A DNA stretch of 64,000 bases from an uncultured Planctomycetia bacterium (lineage in GTDB: Bacteria > Omnitrophota > Gorgyraeia > Tantalellales > Tantalellaceae): positions 14,264 through 78,263 of the forward strand of contig CAZGQR010000008.1 in NCBI GenBank assembly GCA_964527765.1, in the 5' to 3' direction. Under the pieces are notes generated by a model. It had not been told where the DNA came from. It saw nothing but the letters and a program-made list of their open reading frames with translations, and did not search any database. The first letter of the stretch is position 1; the number at the start of each line of letters is the position of its first letter. Positions 1-10,415 of the stretch are shown piece by piece. The position numbers were made by a program, and so were the translations under genes.

Positions 1-1274
1 CCTACCAAAAAGGCGGATCTGCCGGACGGGATTTTCTCTATGACCCTGCCGAACGGATCGATGATCTGAGTAACGCCGGTCTGGGTCGTCCTTGCCAGGT
101 ATCTCATGCTTTCAGCGGCTCTCGCCCTTGAGAAGAACGAGGCATATCTTTTAAACCAGGAATAATCAAGGTCCGTATTACTCGACAGGGAAATAAAATA
201 TTCCGCTCCGTCCAGCACGTAATTCCTGAATATCCTTTCGCTGGTCTCCTCCCAGCATAAAGTTATTCCCGCCTTACCCAGGTACAGCTTGCCGTTATTC
301 TCCCTCGAGCGGATACCCCGGTTGAATATCGCCGGCTCCTGCGAATAGTAAATATCCTCAATGGCCCCATCCCTTCCGAAAATAAGGGCGGTATTATAAT
401 TATATTCCTTATTATCCGGATCCGTTAACATGGACCCTATGACAAATCCGGTCCCTGATTTCTTTATTTCATCGGTGATCGGTTTCATCTTCTCGGGAAA
501 CCTGTTCATCACGTCCACGGGAAGAGTGAATTCAGGCCATACCACAAGATCGGCTTTTTGCTTTACGGCTTTTTCGCTTATGTTGACATATTTATTTATT
601 CTCTCGGTTAATCTCTCCGTATAGCCGAATATGGACTTTCTGGGAACGTCGCCCTGGATAAGAGCGATCTTTCTGGATCCTTCCGAAGCATACAGATGCT
701 CCGGGCTGCGAGTTATCGAATAGAGGTACGAGACAAGAAAGACGGAAAGAAGCAAAACCGCTATCGTCAGCGAAAATCCATCCCTCTTTGCCAGGTACCG
801 TGCCGCCGCGGAATTGAATAGAATGATCAACGTGGTTAATCCAATACTGCCCGTAACCCAGATCAGCGGGGCCGATATGGGGAACAATATCCCCACATCA
901 AAAGCGCTGACCGCCAGTGACCTGAAATTCAACAGATAAAGAAGCAGCGTCCAGATAACACAGGGAATGAATGTCGAAAAAGCGGTATCTTTGAAGCGGG
1001 TGATGAGTTTGGCGCTGCCTATTAAAAAAGTCGAGACAAAAACGGTCACGATCAAAATGCCCAGTACATACGCGCTCGCATCGTATGCTGCTACCGGAAA
1101 TAAAACGGCGCAGGCAAGAAAAAACACAAAAAGAACAAGGTGGATATTTTTAATCCCGGTTCCCGTATAGAGCATGTATAGCGCCGGCACAAGAAATACG
1201 AATACCAGATAATTGCTTATCACGTACGGACTGATCAAAAATATTCCTGCTATGGCGAGTTTTTTGATATTCAT
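1..1274 (-). CDS. lnt: Apolipoprotein N-acyltransferase (Lnt)-like membrane CN-hydrolase; the C-terminus runs off the window edge
   Basis: My own minus-strand translation begins MNIKKLAIAGIFLISPYVISNYLVFVFLVPALYMLYTG. It has a multi-TM N-terminus followed by a nitrilase/CN-hydrolase region (GITLCWEETSERIF, YFISLSSNTDLDYSW). The frame stays open to position 1. It is absent from the ORF track because it is truncated. Confidence 0.7.
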   Translation of the reverse strand, partial: MNIKKLAIAGIFLISPYVISNYLVFVFLVPALYMLYTGTGIKNIHLVLFVFFLACAVLFPVAAYDASAYVLGILIVTVFVSTFLIGSAKLITRFKDTAFSTFIPCVIWTLLLYLLNFRSLAVSAFDVGILFPISAPLIWVTGSIGLTTLIILFNSAAARYLAKRDGFSLTIAVLLLSVFLVSYLYSITRSPEHLYASEGSRKIALIQGDVPRKSIFGYTERLTERINKYVNISEKAVKQKADLVVWPEFTLPVDVMNRFPEKMKPITDEIKKSGTGFVIGSMLTDPDNKEYNYNTALIFGRDGAIEDIYYSQEPAIFNRGIRSRENNGKLYLGKAGITLCWEETSERIFRNYVLDGAEYFISLSSNTDLDYSWFKRYASFFSRARAAESMRYLARTTQTGVTQIIDPFGRVIEKIPSGRSAFLV

Positions 1275-1679
1275 ACCGGAACCTTTGATTGCAAGAACCA
1301 TACCTCTTAAAATAGCATCTTTTTGCTTTTTTGTCAACAAATTTTTTATTTTTTATCAAACTACCCCGCTTTAAAAAATCACCCTTAAGGTGATCTTTGT
1401 TTATGCTCGCCCTCTGCCTAAAACCCCCGACAAACGGGCTGTTCCTACAACAGCTAAATATCCCGCCCTCTTTAAAATGGTGAACGTCGACACCGCATTC
1501 ACCTCCCTGTTCAAGAAAAAGAGCCTTAAGACTTCCCCCACTTAGGTATATTTTACTACTTTAAAATCATGAGCTCAACAAGTATCATCCAGCTTTTTTA
1601 AATGTTAACATCGACATATTAACAATACCGTTTTTAAAATTGATCCTGAACAGGTTCGGCTTTGTTTCTAAAAACGGTT

Positions 1680-2686
1680 TTAGATATCGGAGGGTTGTTT
1701 GGCGCCCAGGAGGATGTTTATGTCTTCCATGGTGTGGAGGGTGGTGACGTTCAGGGAACCGTCGATCTTCTTCAAGAGCCCCTTTAACACGCTTCCCGGC
1801 CCGATCTCCAGGTAATCCGTAACGCCGAGCGAGGCGGCTTTCTTCACGGAAGCTTCCCATAGCGTCCTGTTATCAAGCTGATCGGCAAGGTTCTCTTTTA
1901 TTTTTTCCGGGTCTTTCGTCACTTCCGCGCTGATATTGCTTATAAAATCTATTACCGGTTCTTTCAGTTCCATGCCGTCGAGAACGGTTTTAAGCTTTTC
2001 CTTCGCGGGCGCCATGAGCTCCGAGTGAAAAGCGCCGCTGACCTTCAGCATGATAGCGCGTTTCGCCCCCGCGGTTTTTGCCAGGTCCGCCGCGAGTTCC
2101 ACCCTGTTTGCCGGGCCCGATATGACCACCTGACCGGGCGAGTTGAGGTTCGCTACCTGGCACCCGACCCCCTTGCAGAGCTCTTCCACCTTTTCCAGCT
2201 CCAGCCCCATGATGGAAGCCATCTTCCCTTCTTTTTTCTGGGAAGCTTCCTCCATGAACTCGCCCCTCTTCTCGACGAACCTGAGGCCGTCCTCGAAGCT
2301 CAGCGCCCCGGAAGCTACCAGCGCCGTCGGTTCCCCCAGGCTGAGCCCCATAGCAAGAAGACCGACGGACCTTATATCTTCAGGGGAAAATATCTCTCTT
2401 GTCTCTTCCCCGACGGGGCCGCCTTTGATCTTCTCTACCAGGACATTTAACGTGGCTATGCTCGTGGTGAATATCGCGGGCTGTGAGTTCGCCGTGGTCT
2501 GGAGTTCGTTCTCCGGACCTTCGAAACAGAGCTTGGCGATGTCTCTTTTCAGCACCTCGCCTGCGCGGTCGAACACCCACCTGGCCGCGGCCTGGGCCCG
2601 GTAAAGCTCCTTGCCCATGCCCACCGCCTGAGCTCCCTGTCCCGGAAATAACAATCCGAATCTTCTGTCCGACCCGCTTTCTACCA
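1680..2686 (-). CDS. fabD: Malonyl-CoA:ACP transacylase
   Basis: It contains GLLFPGQGAQ and the GLSLGE active-site Ser motif. The 529-aa track ORF is an upstream in-frame artefact. The true start is MVESGSD at 2686, which overlaps the fabH stop. Confidence 0.9.
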
Positions 2687-3661
2687 TTCTATCAACAGAG
2701 CTCCCCAGGTCAGCCCTCCGCCAAAGGCGTCCATCAGAATAGTATCGCCCTTCTTGATCCTTCCTTCTTCTACGGCCTCGGTAAGAGCAACTGCGCTTGA
2801 AGCCGCTGACATATTGCCGTATTTTTTTATGTTGAGGTATACCTTTTTTTCCGGGTCGACCCCCATTTTTTTTGCCAGGGCATTGAGAATGCGCACGTTC
2901 GCCTGGTGAGGAATGATTATATCGATGTCGTCGCCCTTGAGGCCGAGGGGCTCTGTCACGGATAGCGCGGCGTCCGCCATGATCTTCACCGCATGTTTGA
3001 AAAGAACGTTGCCCTCCATCTTTATGGTGTGGAGTTTGTTCTCCACCGTTTTTATGGAGGCCGGCATGCGCGATCCGCCGGCGGGAAGCTGCAAAAGATC
3101 GCCCTTGCTCCCGTCCGCGCCGAGGCTTGCCCCCAGGATACCGCCTTTGTTCACCGGCCCGAGAACGGCAGCTCCTGCCCCGTCGCCGAAGAGCACGCAC
3201 GTGGAGCGGTCCTCCCAATCCGTGACCGCTGACAGTTTCTCGGCGGCTATGACAAGCGCGTACCTGCACGCGCCGTCTTTTATGAACTTGTCCGCTATCG
3301 TAAGGCCGTAAACGTATCCCGAACAGGCGACGGCTATATCGAAAGCCGGGACATGCCTGGCGCCAAGTTTATGCTGGACGAGACAGGCGGTTGAGGGGAA
3401 AAACATGTCCGGCGTTATCGTCGCAACGATTATAAGGTCGATGTCCTTGGGTTCGAGATTCGCTCTCTTTAAAGCGTCCTTTGCGGCTTTCACGGCCATA
3501 TCGCTGGTGGCCTCGTTCTCTGCCGCGATACGTCTTTCCTTGATGCCGGTCCGTGTGGTGATCCATTCATCGGTGGTATCGACCATTCTTTCCAGATCGG
3601 CGTTCGTCAGGACGTTTTCCGGAAGATATTTACCGACTCCCAATATTCCCGTTTTCTTCAA
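2681..3661 (-). CDS. fabH: 3-oxoacyl-ACP synthase III
   Basis: It shows the KAS III fold motifs ACSGYVYGL and HQANVRIL, and has the typical length of 326 aa. Confidence 0.92.
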   Translation of the reverse strand: MKKTGILGVGKYLPENVLTNADLERMVDTTDEWITTRTGIKERRIAAENEATSDMAVKAAKDALKRANLEPKDIDLIIVATITPDMFFPSTACLVQHKLGARHVPAFDIAVACSGYVYGLTIADKFIKDGACRYALVIAAEKLSAVTDWEDRSTCVLFGDGAGAAVLGPVNKGGILGASLGADGSKGDLLQLPAGGSRMPASIKTVENKLHTIKMEGNVLFKHAVKIMADAALSVTEPLGLKGDDIDIIIPHQANVRILNALAKKMGVDPEKKVYLNIKKYGNMSAASSAVALTEAVEEGRIKKGDTILMDAFGGGLTWGALLIEW

Positions 3662-3729
3662 TTTTGCTCCTCATTTGTTCGCTATATGCCGCTACCCTGC
3701 AGGGCGGCGTCAAAAAAAGTCCTTCTCCT

Positions 3730-4722
3730 TTAATAGCTCTGCAGCTCTTCGACGACATGCGTGTTCACCTTACGGCTGACATTCTCGGCCGCGGCCCGTA
3801 TGGCGTTCTTTATGGCCTTGTCGTTAGAGGATCCGTGAGCTATTATTACATTCCCGTCAACTCCTATAAGCGGTGCGCCGCCGTACTCCGAGGCGTCTAT
3901 CTCCTTCTTTATGGCCTTGAACGCCGGGAGGGTCAGCAGTGCCCCTAACTTTGTCACGACATTGCTTTGTTTAAGTTCTCTTCGTATGAGTTCGCCTGCC
4001 GCGTCCGCGAATCCTTCGGTAACCTTGAGAAAGACGTTCCCCACGAATCCGTCGCACAGGACCACGTCGGCCCTGCCCGAGTACACTTCCTTGGGCTCGA
4101 CATTACCTATAAAATTAAGACTGCTTTCACTAAGCATCATATGGGCTTCTCTTATGAAATCGGGACCTTTGCTCGCTTCCTCGCCGATATTCAAAAGCGC
4201 CACGGTAGGGTTCTCCTTGGAGAGTATGTGTTTGGAGTAGGCGTCCCCCATTATAGCGTACTGCAGAAGATGAAATGGCTTGGGATCGATATTGGCCCCG
4301 ACGTCGATGACCAGGGTCGGTTTGATCAGCGTCGGAAAGATCACCGCGATACCCGGCCTGTCGACGCCCGGCAAAAGCCGCAGGCTTAACGTGGCCGCGC
4401 ATACCACGGCACCGGTGTTGCCGGCGCTGACAAAAGCGTCAAATGCCCCTCTCTTCAAAAGGTCGATCCCCTTCACGATGGAAGAATCTCTTTTTTTCCT
4501 CACGGAAAGAGCCGCGGGCTCATGCATCTCTATTGCCTGCGAAGTATTGACAATATCTATCTTATCGCCGGAGTAGCCGAGATCCTGAAACTGTTTTCGT
4601 ATCTCGTTCTCATAACCTATAAGGGTCACGTGATACCCGAACTCCGCGGCAGCCATCACGGCGCCGCTTACCGTGCTTTCAGGAGCTTTATCTCCCCCCA
4701 TTGCGTCCAAACCGATCCTCAT
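3730..4722 (-). CDS. plsX: Phosphate acyltransferase PlsX
   Basis: It begins MRIGLDAMGGDKAP and contains GNTGA, which is the typical PlsX signature. It lies between rpmF and fabH. Confidence 0.92.
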   Translation of the reverse strand: MRIGLDAMGGDKAPESTVSGAVMAAAEFGYHVTLIGYENEIRKQFQDLGYSGDKIDIVNTSQAIEMHEPAALSVRKKRDSSIVKGIDLLKRGAFDAFVSAGNTGAVVCAATLSLRLLPGVDRPGIAVIFPTLIKPTLVIDVGANIDPKPFHLLQYAIMGDAYSKHILSKENPTVALLNIGEEASKGPDFIREAHMMLSESSLNFIGNVEPKEVYSGRADVVLCDGFVGNVFLKVTEGFADAAGELIRRELKQSNVVTKLGALLTLPAFKAIKKEIDASEYGGAPLIGVDGNVIIAHGSSNDKAIKNAIRAAAENVSRKVNTHVVEELQSY

Positions 4723-4736
4723 TCATGTCCTCCGGT

Positions 4737-4961
4737 CTAGGTTTTTTTCTTTTTCTTTTCTCTTCTGGCTTTTCGCTCTTCGATGGTCTCTATATATTTG
4801 ACCTGCCTGCCTCCGTAATAACCGCAATAAGGGCAGACATGATGAGACTTTTTGGCCTTGCCGCATTGCGGGCATTTTGAAAGAACCGGCGCTTCGGCCT
4901 TGTAATGAGTCCGTCTTTTCCGTCCGCGTGATTTCGAATGTCTGTGTTTTACCTTTGGCAT
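4737..4961 (-). CDS. rpmF: 50S ribosomal protein L32 with a Lys-rich C-terminal extension
   Basis: It begins MPKVKHRHSKSRGRKRR and contains the CPQCG...CPYCGYY zinc ribbon. It heads the rpmF-plsX-fabH-fabD cluster. Confidence 0.85.
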   Translation of the reverse strand: MPKVKHRHSKSRGRKRRTHYKAEAPVLSKCPQCGKAKKSHHVCPYCGYYGGRQVKYIETIEERKARREKKKKKT

Positions 4962-5011
4962 ATTCCTGCTCTCCTTTGATCTATCCTGAAAAAACGGCGT
5001 TTCCGCCGCGA

Positions 5012-6160
5012 TTATTTATTCACCGTCTCCGTAACGATCTTATACGTATCTTTCGCGATCAAAAGCTCCTCGTTAGTGCTGATAGTAAGAAATTCTGTCC
5101 CGATCCCCAGCAGGGGGCGCAGATGCTCCCTGATCGAGTCTTTTATCTGCGGGACGTGCTCGCCTATGCCGGCCGTGAAAACCACCGCGTCTACTTTTCC
5201 CAGAACGGCGGCATAAGAACCGATGTACTTCTTTATGCGGTACACGAAAATATCATATGCCAGTTTCGCGCGCTTGTTCTCTTCGCTCATCGCCTTAAGG
5301 ATATCCCTCATGTCGTTGCTTACTCCCGACACCCCCAAAAGTCCGCTCTTCTTGTTCAAGAGATCATTGACCTCTTCGGCGCTGAGCCCTTCTTTATTCA
5401 TGAGAAATGTCACCACAGCCGGGTCAAGATCACCCGAGCGCGTTCCCATGAGAAGCCCTTCAAGCGGCGTGAACCCCATCGACGTGTCCACGCTCTTCCC
5501 CCCGGAAACCGCCGCAATGCTGCATCCGTTCCCCAGATGCACTGTGATCATGTTGAGATCTTCGATCGGTCTTCCCAACAGCTCGGCTGCCTTGCCGGAA
5601 ACATACCTGTGGCTCGTGCCGTGGAACCCGTACTTCCTTATCCCGTACTTCTCGTAAAGCTCGTATGGAACTCCGTAGCAAAACGCGTGTTCGACCATGG
5701 ACTGGTGAAACGCCGTATCGAACACCGCCACCTGCGGAACGCCGCGGAATATCTTCAGGCACCCTCTTATCCCCTCCAGGGACGGCGGATTATGAAGAGG
5801 GGCAAGTTCGGAAAACTTCTCCACGCTCTTCAGGACCCTGTCGTCTATCAGCGTGCTTTTATTGAATTCCTCGCCGCCATGAACGACCCGGTGCCCGACC
5901 CCCGTAACCTCATCAACGCTTGAAAGCACGCCTTTTTTCGCGTCGGTCAGCACATCCCTTATTATCTCGATAGCCCTGTGGTGATCCGGACAATCGACCT
6001 TTTCCCGGACCTTGTCCTTTCCGGTCACCTCATGAGTAAGTTCGGGGGAAGTCTCACCTATACGCTCAACTATGCCCCTGCATAAAGAGGACTCCTCTTC
6101 TACGTTAAAAAGGTCGTACTTTGCCGAAGATGACCCGCAATTTATAACTAATATCAACAT
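5012..6160 (-). CDS. ackA: Acetate kinase
   Basis: It begins LVINCGSSSAKY and contains FDTAFHQSM and HLGNGCS, which are ASKHA-family acetate kinase motifs. Confidence 0.92.
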   Translation of the reverse strand: MLILVINCGSSSAKYDLFNVEEESSLCRGIVERIGETSPELTHEVTGKDKVREKVDCPDHHRAIEIIRDVLTDAKKGVLSSVDEVTGVGHRVVHGGEEFNKSTLIDDRVLKSVEKFSELAPLHNPPSLEGIRGCLKIFRGVPQVAVFDTAFHQSMVEHAFCYGVPYELYEKYGIRKYGFHGTSHRYVSGKAAELLGRPIEDLNMITVHLGNGCSIAAVSGGKSVDTSMGFTPLEGLLMGTRSGDLDPAVVTFLMNKEGLSAEEVNDLLNKKSGLLGVSGVSNDMRDILKAMSEENKRAKLAYDIFVYRIKKYIGSYAAVLGKVDAVVFTAGIGEHVPQIKDSIREHLRPLLGIGTEFLTISTNEELLIAKDTYKIVTETVNK

Positions 6161-6222
6161 TGTATTTTTGCGTTCCGCCCCAATCTATCCTGCCTTCGCG
6201 GGGATGAAAAGCCCCGCCGCCA

Positions 6223-7224
6223 TCACAACCCCTGGGCTCTCACAGCCGTAACTGCCGTCGTATCGACAACATCCTCCCAGCTGCATCCCCGGGACAGATC
6301 GCTGCACGGCTTGTCAAGCCCCTGTATCAGGGGGCCGACGGCCCTGGCGTTCCCGAGACGCTGGCTCAGCTTGTATGAGATGTTCCCCGCGTCGAGGTTG
6401 GGAAATATCAGGACATTCGCCCTGCCTCCCACATCGCTGTCAGGGCATTTACGACGCGCGACATCCGGGACTATTGCGGCGTCGAGCTGTAATTCACCGT
6501 CAATAATAAGATCCGGCCTCTTCTGCTTTATCCGGGTCAGCGCTTCACGGATGGAATCGACCGATTCGCCCTTGGCGCTGCCTTTGGTGGAATAGCTCAG
6601 CATGGCCACGCGGGGCTCGACACCGAACAGTTTATGGAACAGATCGCTCGTGGCTATCGCTATCCCCACAAGCTGCCTTGTGGAAGGATAAGGAATGATG
6701 CCGCAATCCCCGTAAGCAAAAAGCCCGTTCTCGCCGAACGGGCAATTTTCCATTTCCATGATAAACGCACTGGACACCGTCCCTATACTCTTGTCCAGTT
6801 TCAGGCAATGCAGGGCCGCTCTGGCCACGTCTGATGTTTTATGGCTCGCTCCCGCCACGAAACCGTCCGCGATCTCCATTTTTGTCATCACGGCCGCATA
6901 AAACACCGAATTTTCCATCACGGTCTTTTCCGCTTCTTCCGGCGTGATGCCCTTGCGCTCCCTCAGCTTGAAATACGCATTTATAACCTCGCCGCGCTTA
7001 TCATCAGTTGAAGGATCAATAAGGTTGACCCCATCCAGGGACACGCTGTTTTGTTCAGCCAGTTTGCGCATCTCATCTTTACTGCCAAGAACATATATAT
7101 CGGCGATACCTTCGGACGCTATGAACGACGCCGCCTTGATCACCCTGTTATCATTCCCTTCGGGCAGAATGATCTTCTTTTTCTGCTGTTTAGCTTTTTT
7201 TCTTAACGCCAGTATTCTGTCCAT
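6223..7224 (-). CDS. pta: Phosphate acetyltransferase
   Basis: It has the PTA_PTB domain, with the IILPEGNDNRVIKAA start and the downstream catalytic region. It is adjacent to ackA. Confidence 0.88.
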   Translation of the reverse strand: MDRILALRKKAKQQKKKIILPEGNDNRVIKAASFIASEGIADIYVLGSKDEMRKLAEQNSVSLDGVNLIDPSTDDKRGEVINAYFKLRERKGITPEEAEKTVMENSVFYAAVMTKMEIADGFVAGASHKTSDVARAALHCLKLDKSIGTVSSAFIMEMENCPFGENGLFAYGDCGIIPYPSTRQLVGIAIATSDLFHKLFGVEPRVAMLSYSTKGSAKGESVDSIREALTRIKQKRPDLIIDGELQLDAAIVPDVARRKCPDSDVGGRANVLIFPNLDAGNISYKLSQRLGNARAVGPLIQGLDKPCSDLSRGCSWEDVVDTTAVTAVRAQGL

Positions 7225-7225
7225 G

Positions 7226-7702
7226 TCACAACTTTTCTTTCAGTTTCTTTTCGGCATTTTTCGGGACAAAACTTGAGACATCCGCCCCCAAGCGAGCGAC
7301 TTCCTTTATCAATTTACTCGACAGGTACGAGTATGATTCGTTCGGCATCATGAACACCGTCTCGATCTCCGGGTTCAATTTCCTGTTAGTGAGAGCCATC
7401 TGGAATTCATACTCAAAATCCGATATCATCCTGAGGCCCCTGACGACTATCCTGGCGCCTTTCGCGACGGCATAGTCCACCACCAGGCCGTCAAAATCCT
7501 CTACTTCGACATTATCATATTCCGCGACTGCTTCAGCCAGCATCTCCGTGCGTTCCTCGACCGAAAAAAAAGTGGATTTCTCCGGGCTATGCGCCACCGC
7601 GACAAAGACCTTGTCATAGATGACAGAAGCTCTTTTTATCACGTCGAGATGGCCATATGTGACGGGATCGAACGTCCCGGGATAAACGGCTGTTCTGGTC
7701 AT
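7226..7702 (-). CDS. coaD: Phosphopantetheine adenylyltransferase
   Basis: It contains AVYPGTFDPVTYGHLD, the (H/T)xGH nucleotidyltransferase motif. It is 158 aa. Confidence 0.92.
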   Translation of the reverse strand: MTRTAVYPGTFDPVTYGHLDVIKRASVIYDKVFVAVAHSPEKSTFFSVEERTEMLAEAVAEYDNVEVEDFDGLVVDYAVAKGARIVVRGLRMISDFEYEFQMALTNRKLNPEIETVFMMPNESYSYLSSKLIKEVARLGADVSSFVPKNAEKKLKEKL

Positions 7703-8253
7703 TTTTTAAGGAAAACGGATATAGTGGTATCTCCGTAAGTCTTTTGTTTAAAAATAGAAACATCCCTTTCTATTCCGGGGATATTCTCGTCCTTATGGTG
7801 CTCGATGATCAAGAGTCCAGCGGGCTTTAATATATCATAATGACTTACCATAATCAAGGTTTTTTTGCCCATACCCCTGTTATATGGAGGGTCAGAAAAG
7901 ACCAGATCGAACCTTTCCCTGTTCCTTCCGAAGAGTTCCAGCGACCTGAACGCGTCTTCTGTCGTCACTCTCGCGCGGCCCCCTACACCGAGCAGCCGGA
8001 TATTTTCCGTTATGATCCTCCCGCATTCCTCCTTTTCCTCCACGAATGCGCATCTTTGGGCCCCGCGGGACAGCGCCTCCAGGCCGTAGGCTCCGCTCCC
8101 GGCAAATATATCCAGGACATCCGAACCCGGCACTTTTTCCGCGATAATATTAAAGACGGCCTCGCGTATCCGGTCTTTCGTCGGCCTGACCGCTTCGGAG
8201 GCGGGCTGCTTTATCTTCCGCCCCCTGAACTCACCGCCTATTATCCTCATCAT
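7699..8253 (-). CDS. rsmD: 16S rRNA (guanine966-N2)-methyltransferase RsmD
   Basis: It contains RIIGGEFRGRKI, DIFAGSGAYGLEALSRGA and DPPY. The start was chosen at MMRIIGG (8253). The track ORF extends to 8310. Confidence 0.85.
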   Translation of the reverse strand: MMRIIGGEFRGRKIKQPASEAVRPTKDRIREAVFNIIAEKVPGSDVLDIFAGSGAYGLEALSRGAQRCAFVEEKEECGRIITENIRLLGVGGRARVTTEDAFRSLELFGRNRERFDLVFSDPPYNRGMGKKTLIMVSHYDILKPAGLLIIEHHKDENIPGIERDVSIFKQKTYGDTTISVFLKK

Positions 8254-8254
8254 G

Positions 8255-10345
8255 CTATATCCCCAGTTTTCCCTTGAATCTTCCCGAAATGCTTCTTCTG
8301 ATGCCGGCATTATGCGGGTCCCTCAGCCCGGGATCCTCCCCGACCAGGTCAAACGCTTCTTTCCGCGCTTCTTCCATGATCCCAAAATCCCTGGCGATAT
8401 TGCCGAACCTGAGTTCAGGAAGACCGCTTTGCCTGGTCCCCAAAAACTCACCGGGCCCCCTGATATCCAGATCTTTTTCGGATATCTCAAAACCATCGTC
8501 CGTGCCGGTCATGATGGAAAGCCGTTCGTGCGAGGCCTCCGTCCTCGGTTCGCCCATAAGGATACAATAAGAGGCGTACTTGCCCCGCCCTATGCGCCCC
8601 CTCAACTGGTGAAGCTGCGCCAATCCGTACCGTTCAGCGTGTTCTACCAGCATGACGGTAACATTCGGGATATCCATTCCCACTTCGATCACGGTGGTGG
8701 CAACGAGGATATCGTATTTGCCGCGCCGGAAATCATCCATCACTTTTTTCTTCTCCTCGGATTTCATCCGTCCATGGACAAGCGCCAGGCGCAGATCGGC
8801 AAACACCTCCCCCCGCAGACGGGAGAACATCTCTTCTGCGGATCTAAGATCGGAGCGGCCGGTCTTCTTTATCCTTGGATATACTATAAAGACCTGCCTT
8901 CCCCCGGCGACCTCATCGCGCAAAAAAGCGTAAACGGCGCTTCTATGGTCTTCGCCGACCCAGTACGTGGTCACCTTTTCACGACCGGCCGGTTTTTCCT
9001 TCAGCAGGGAAATATCCATGTCCCCGTAGACCGTAAGCGCCAGGCTTCTCGGTATGGGCGTAGCCGTCATGACAAGAGTATCCGGCATGCTTCCTTTGCG
9101 GCGCAGCATGTCCCTCTGTGTGACACCGAATTTATGCTGCTCGTCTATAATGATCAGCCCCGGGTTATGGTAGTCGATGTCCTCCTGTATCAGGGCATGA
9201 GTGCCGATAACTATGTCCGCTTCCCCTTCGGCCAGCTCTTTTTTCACCATATCCTTATCTGCCTCATCGATCCCCCCTATCAGGAGCCTGACGTTCAGCC
9301 CGAGAGGCATGAACGTCTTGCTTACCGTCACGTAATGCTGACGCGCCAGCACCTCGGTGGGGACCATCATCGCGGCCTGGTAGCCGTTCATGACCGTCAA
9401 TAAGAGAGCGTACATGGAGACCACTGTCTTGCCGCTGCCTACATCGCCCTGCAAAAGACGGTACATCGGCTTATCACCGGACATGTCATTCTCTATTTCC
9501 CTTATGCATTTTTTTTGTTCGTCGGTGAACTCGAAAGCGAACAGCTTCCCAAAATCAGCCAGAAGCCCCTCTCCCACCTTGTGCCTGATGCCCTTTTTTC
9601 TGATCTCTTTCCGCCTGAGCGCCATGACCGCCTGCAGGATAAAAAACTCTTCAAAGACCAGTCTCTTGTAGGCCCTTTCAAGGTTCTGAAAAGAATAGGG
9701 AAAATGTATGTTCTCTATGGCGAACCTGGAATCGACCAGTTTCCGCCTGGCCCTTATGCGCGTGGGCAACGGATCCCGCACTTCGCCCGCATGAGAACGT
9801 ATAGCCTCGTGAACGACCTTGCGCACGTATCTCTGGCTGAGATTCTCGGTCAGAGGATAAATGGGGACTATCCTTCCGACATCAAGCGAGGTCTTGAGCT
9901 TGTCGGGAGACAGTTCTTTCTGGTCTTTCTCGGCCAGGATCTCGAAAGTCGGATGGTTTATCTGAAGATGCTTCCCGAGTTCGATCTTTCCGTAAAGCAC
10001 CACGGTCTGTCCCGCTGAAAAGACCTTTTTCATGAACGGCTGGTTATACCATACGGCGAACACCCTGCCGGTCTTACCCCCCACTGCCATCTCAAATATA
10101 CGTGTCCCCGTCCCGGCGGTAAAGATGCTGGTGCTCAGGACTTTCCCGATAACGGCCTGTGTCCGCCCCGGTTCGAGGTCTTTCACTTCCACGATGCGGC
10201 TTCTGTCCTCATACCGGCGCGGCAGGTAGTAAAACAGGTCGGATATGCTTTCGATGCCCACCTTCGCGAACAGGCTCGCCTTCCTGGGGCCTACACCTTT
10301 TATATATCTTATTGGAGTGCTCTGGAGGGGGTTTTTCCCTTGCAT
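8255..10345 (-). CDS. recG: ATP-dependent DNA helicase RecG
   Basis: It has a wedge domain plus the SF2 helicase motifs GDVGSGKT and DEQHKFGV. The start was chosen at MQGKNPLQ, because the upstream 23 codons are probably not translated. Confidence 0.9.
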   Translation of the reverse strand: MQGKNPLQSTPIRYIKGVGPRKASLFAKVGIESISDLFYYLPRRYEDRSRIVEVKDLEPGRTQAVIGKVLSTSIFTAGTGTRIFEMAVGGKTGRVFAVWYNQPFMKKVFSAGQTVVLYGKIELGKHLQINHPTFEILAEKDQKELSPDKLKTSLDVGRIVPIYPLTENLSQRYVRKVVHEAIRSHAGEVRDPLPTRIRARRKLVDSRFAIENIHFPYSFQNLERAYKRLVFEEFFILQAVMALRRKEIRKKGIRHKVGEGLLADFGKLFAFEFTDEQKKCIREIENDMSGDKPMYRLLQGDVGSGKTVVSMYALLLTVMNGYQAAMMVPTEVLARQHYVTVSKTFMPLGLNVRLLIGGIDEADKDMVKKELAEGEADIVIGTHALIQEDIDYHNPGLIIIDEQHKFGVTQRDMLRRKGSMPDTLVMTATPIPRSLALTVYGDMDISLLKEKPAGREKVTTYWVGEDHRSAVYAFLRDEVAGGRQVFIVYPRIKKTGRSDLRSAEEMFSRLRGEVFADLRLALVHGRMKSEEKKKVMDDFRRGKYDILVATTVIEVGMDIPNVTVMLVEHAERYGLAQLHQLRGRIGRGKYASYCILMGEPRTEASHERLSIMTGTDDGFEISEKDLDIRGPGEFLGTRQSGLPELRFGNIARDFGIMEEARKEAFDLVGEDPGLRDPHNAGIRRSISGRFKGKLGI

Positions 10346-10415
10346 AATATCCCCTATTATGATATTATCTCGTACTGTTTTACCCCACCAGAGATTATAA
10401 GAGAAAGGTTCCAAG

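Noticed and set aside
1680-3269. 529-aa ORF spanning fabD and most of fabH
   Set aside because: Its N-terminal 200 aa are an Arg/Gly-rich out-of-frame read-through of fabH. The FabD homology starts at MVESGSD (2686). fabH occupies 2681-3661 in another frame.
4877-5923. 348-aa plus-strand ORF
   Set aside because: It is antisense to ackA and is a shadow ORF.
8252-9403. 383-aa plus-strand ORF
   Set aside because: It is antisense to recG, has no motifs, and is a shadow ORF.
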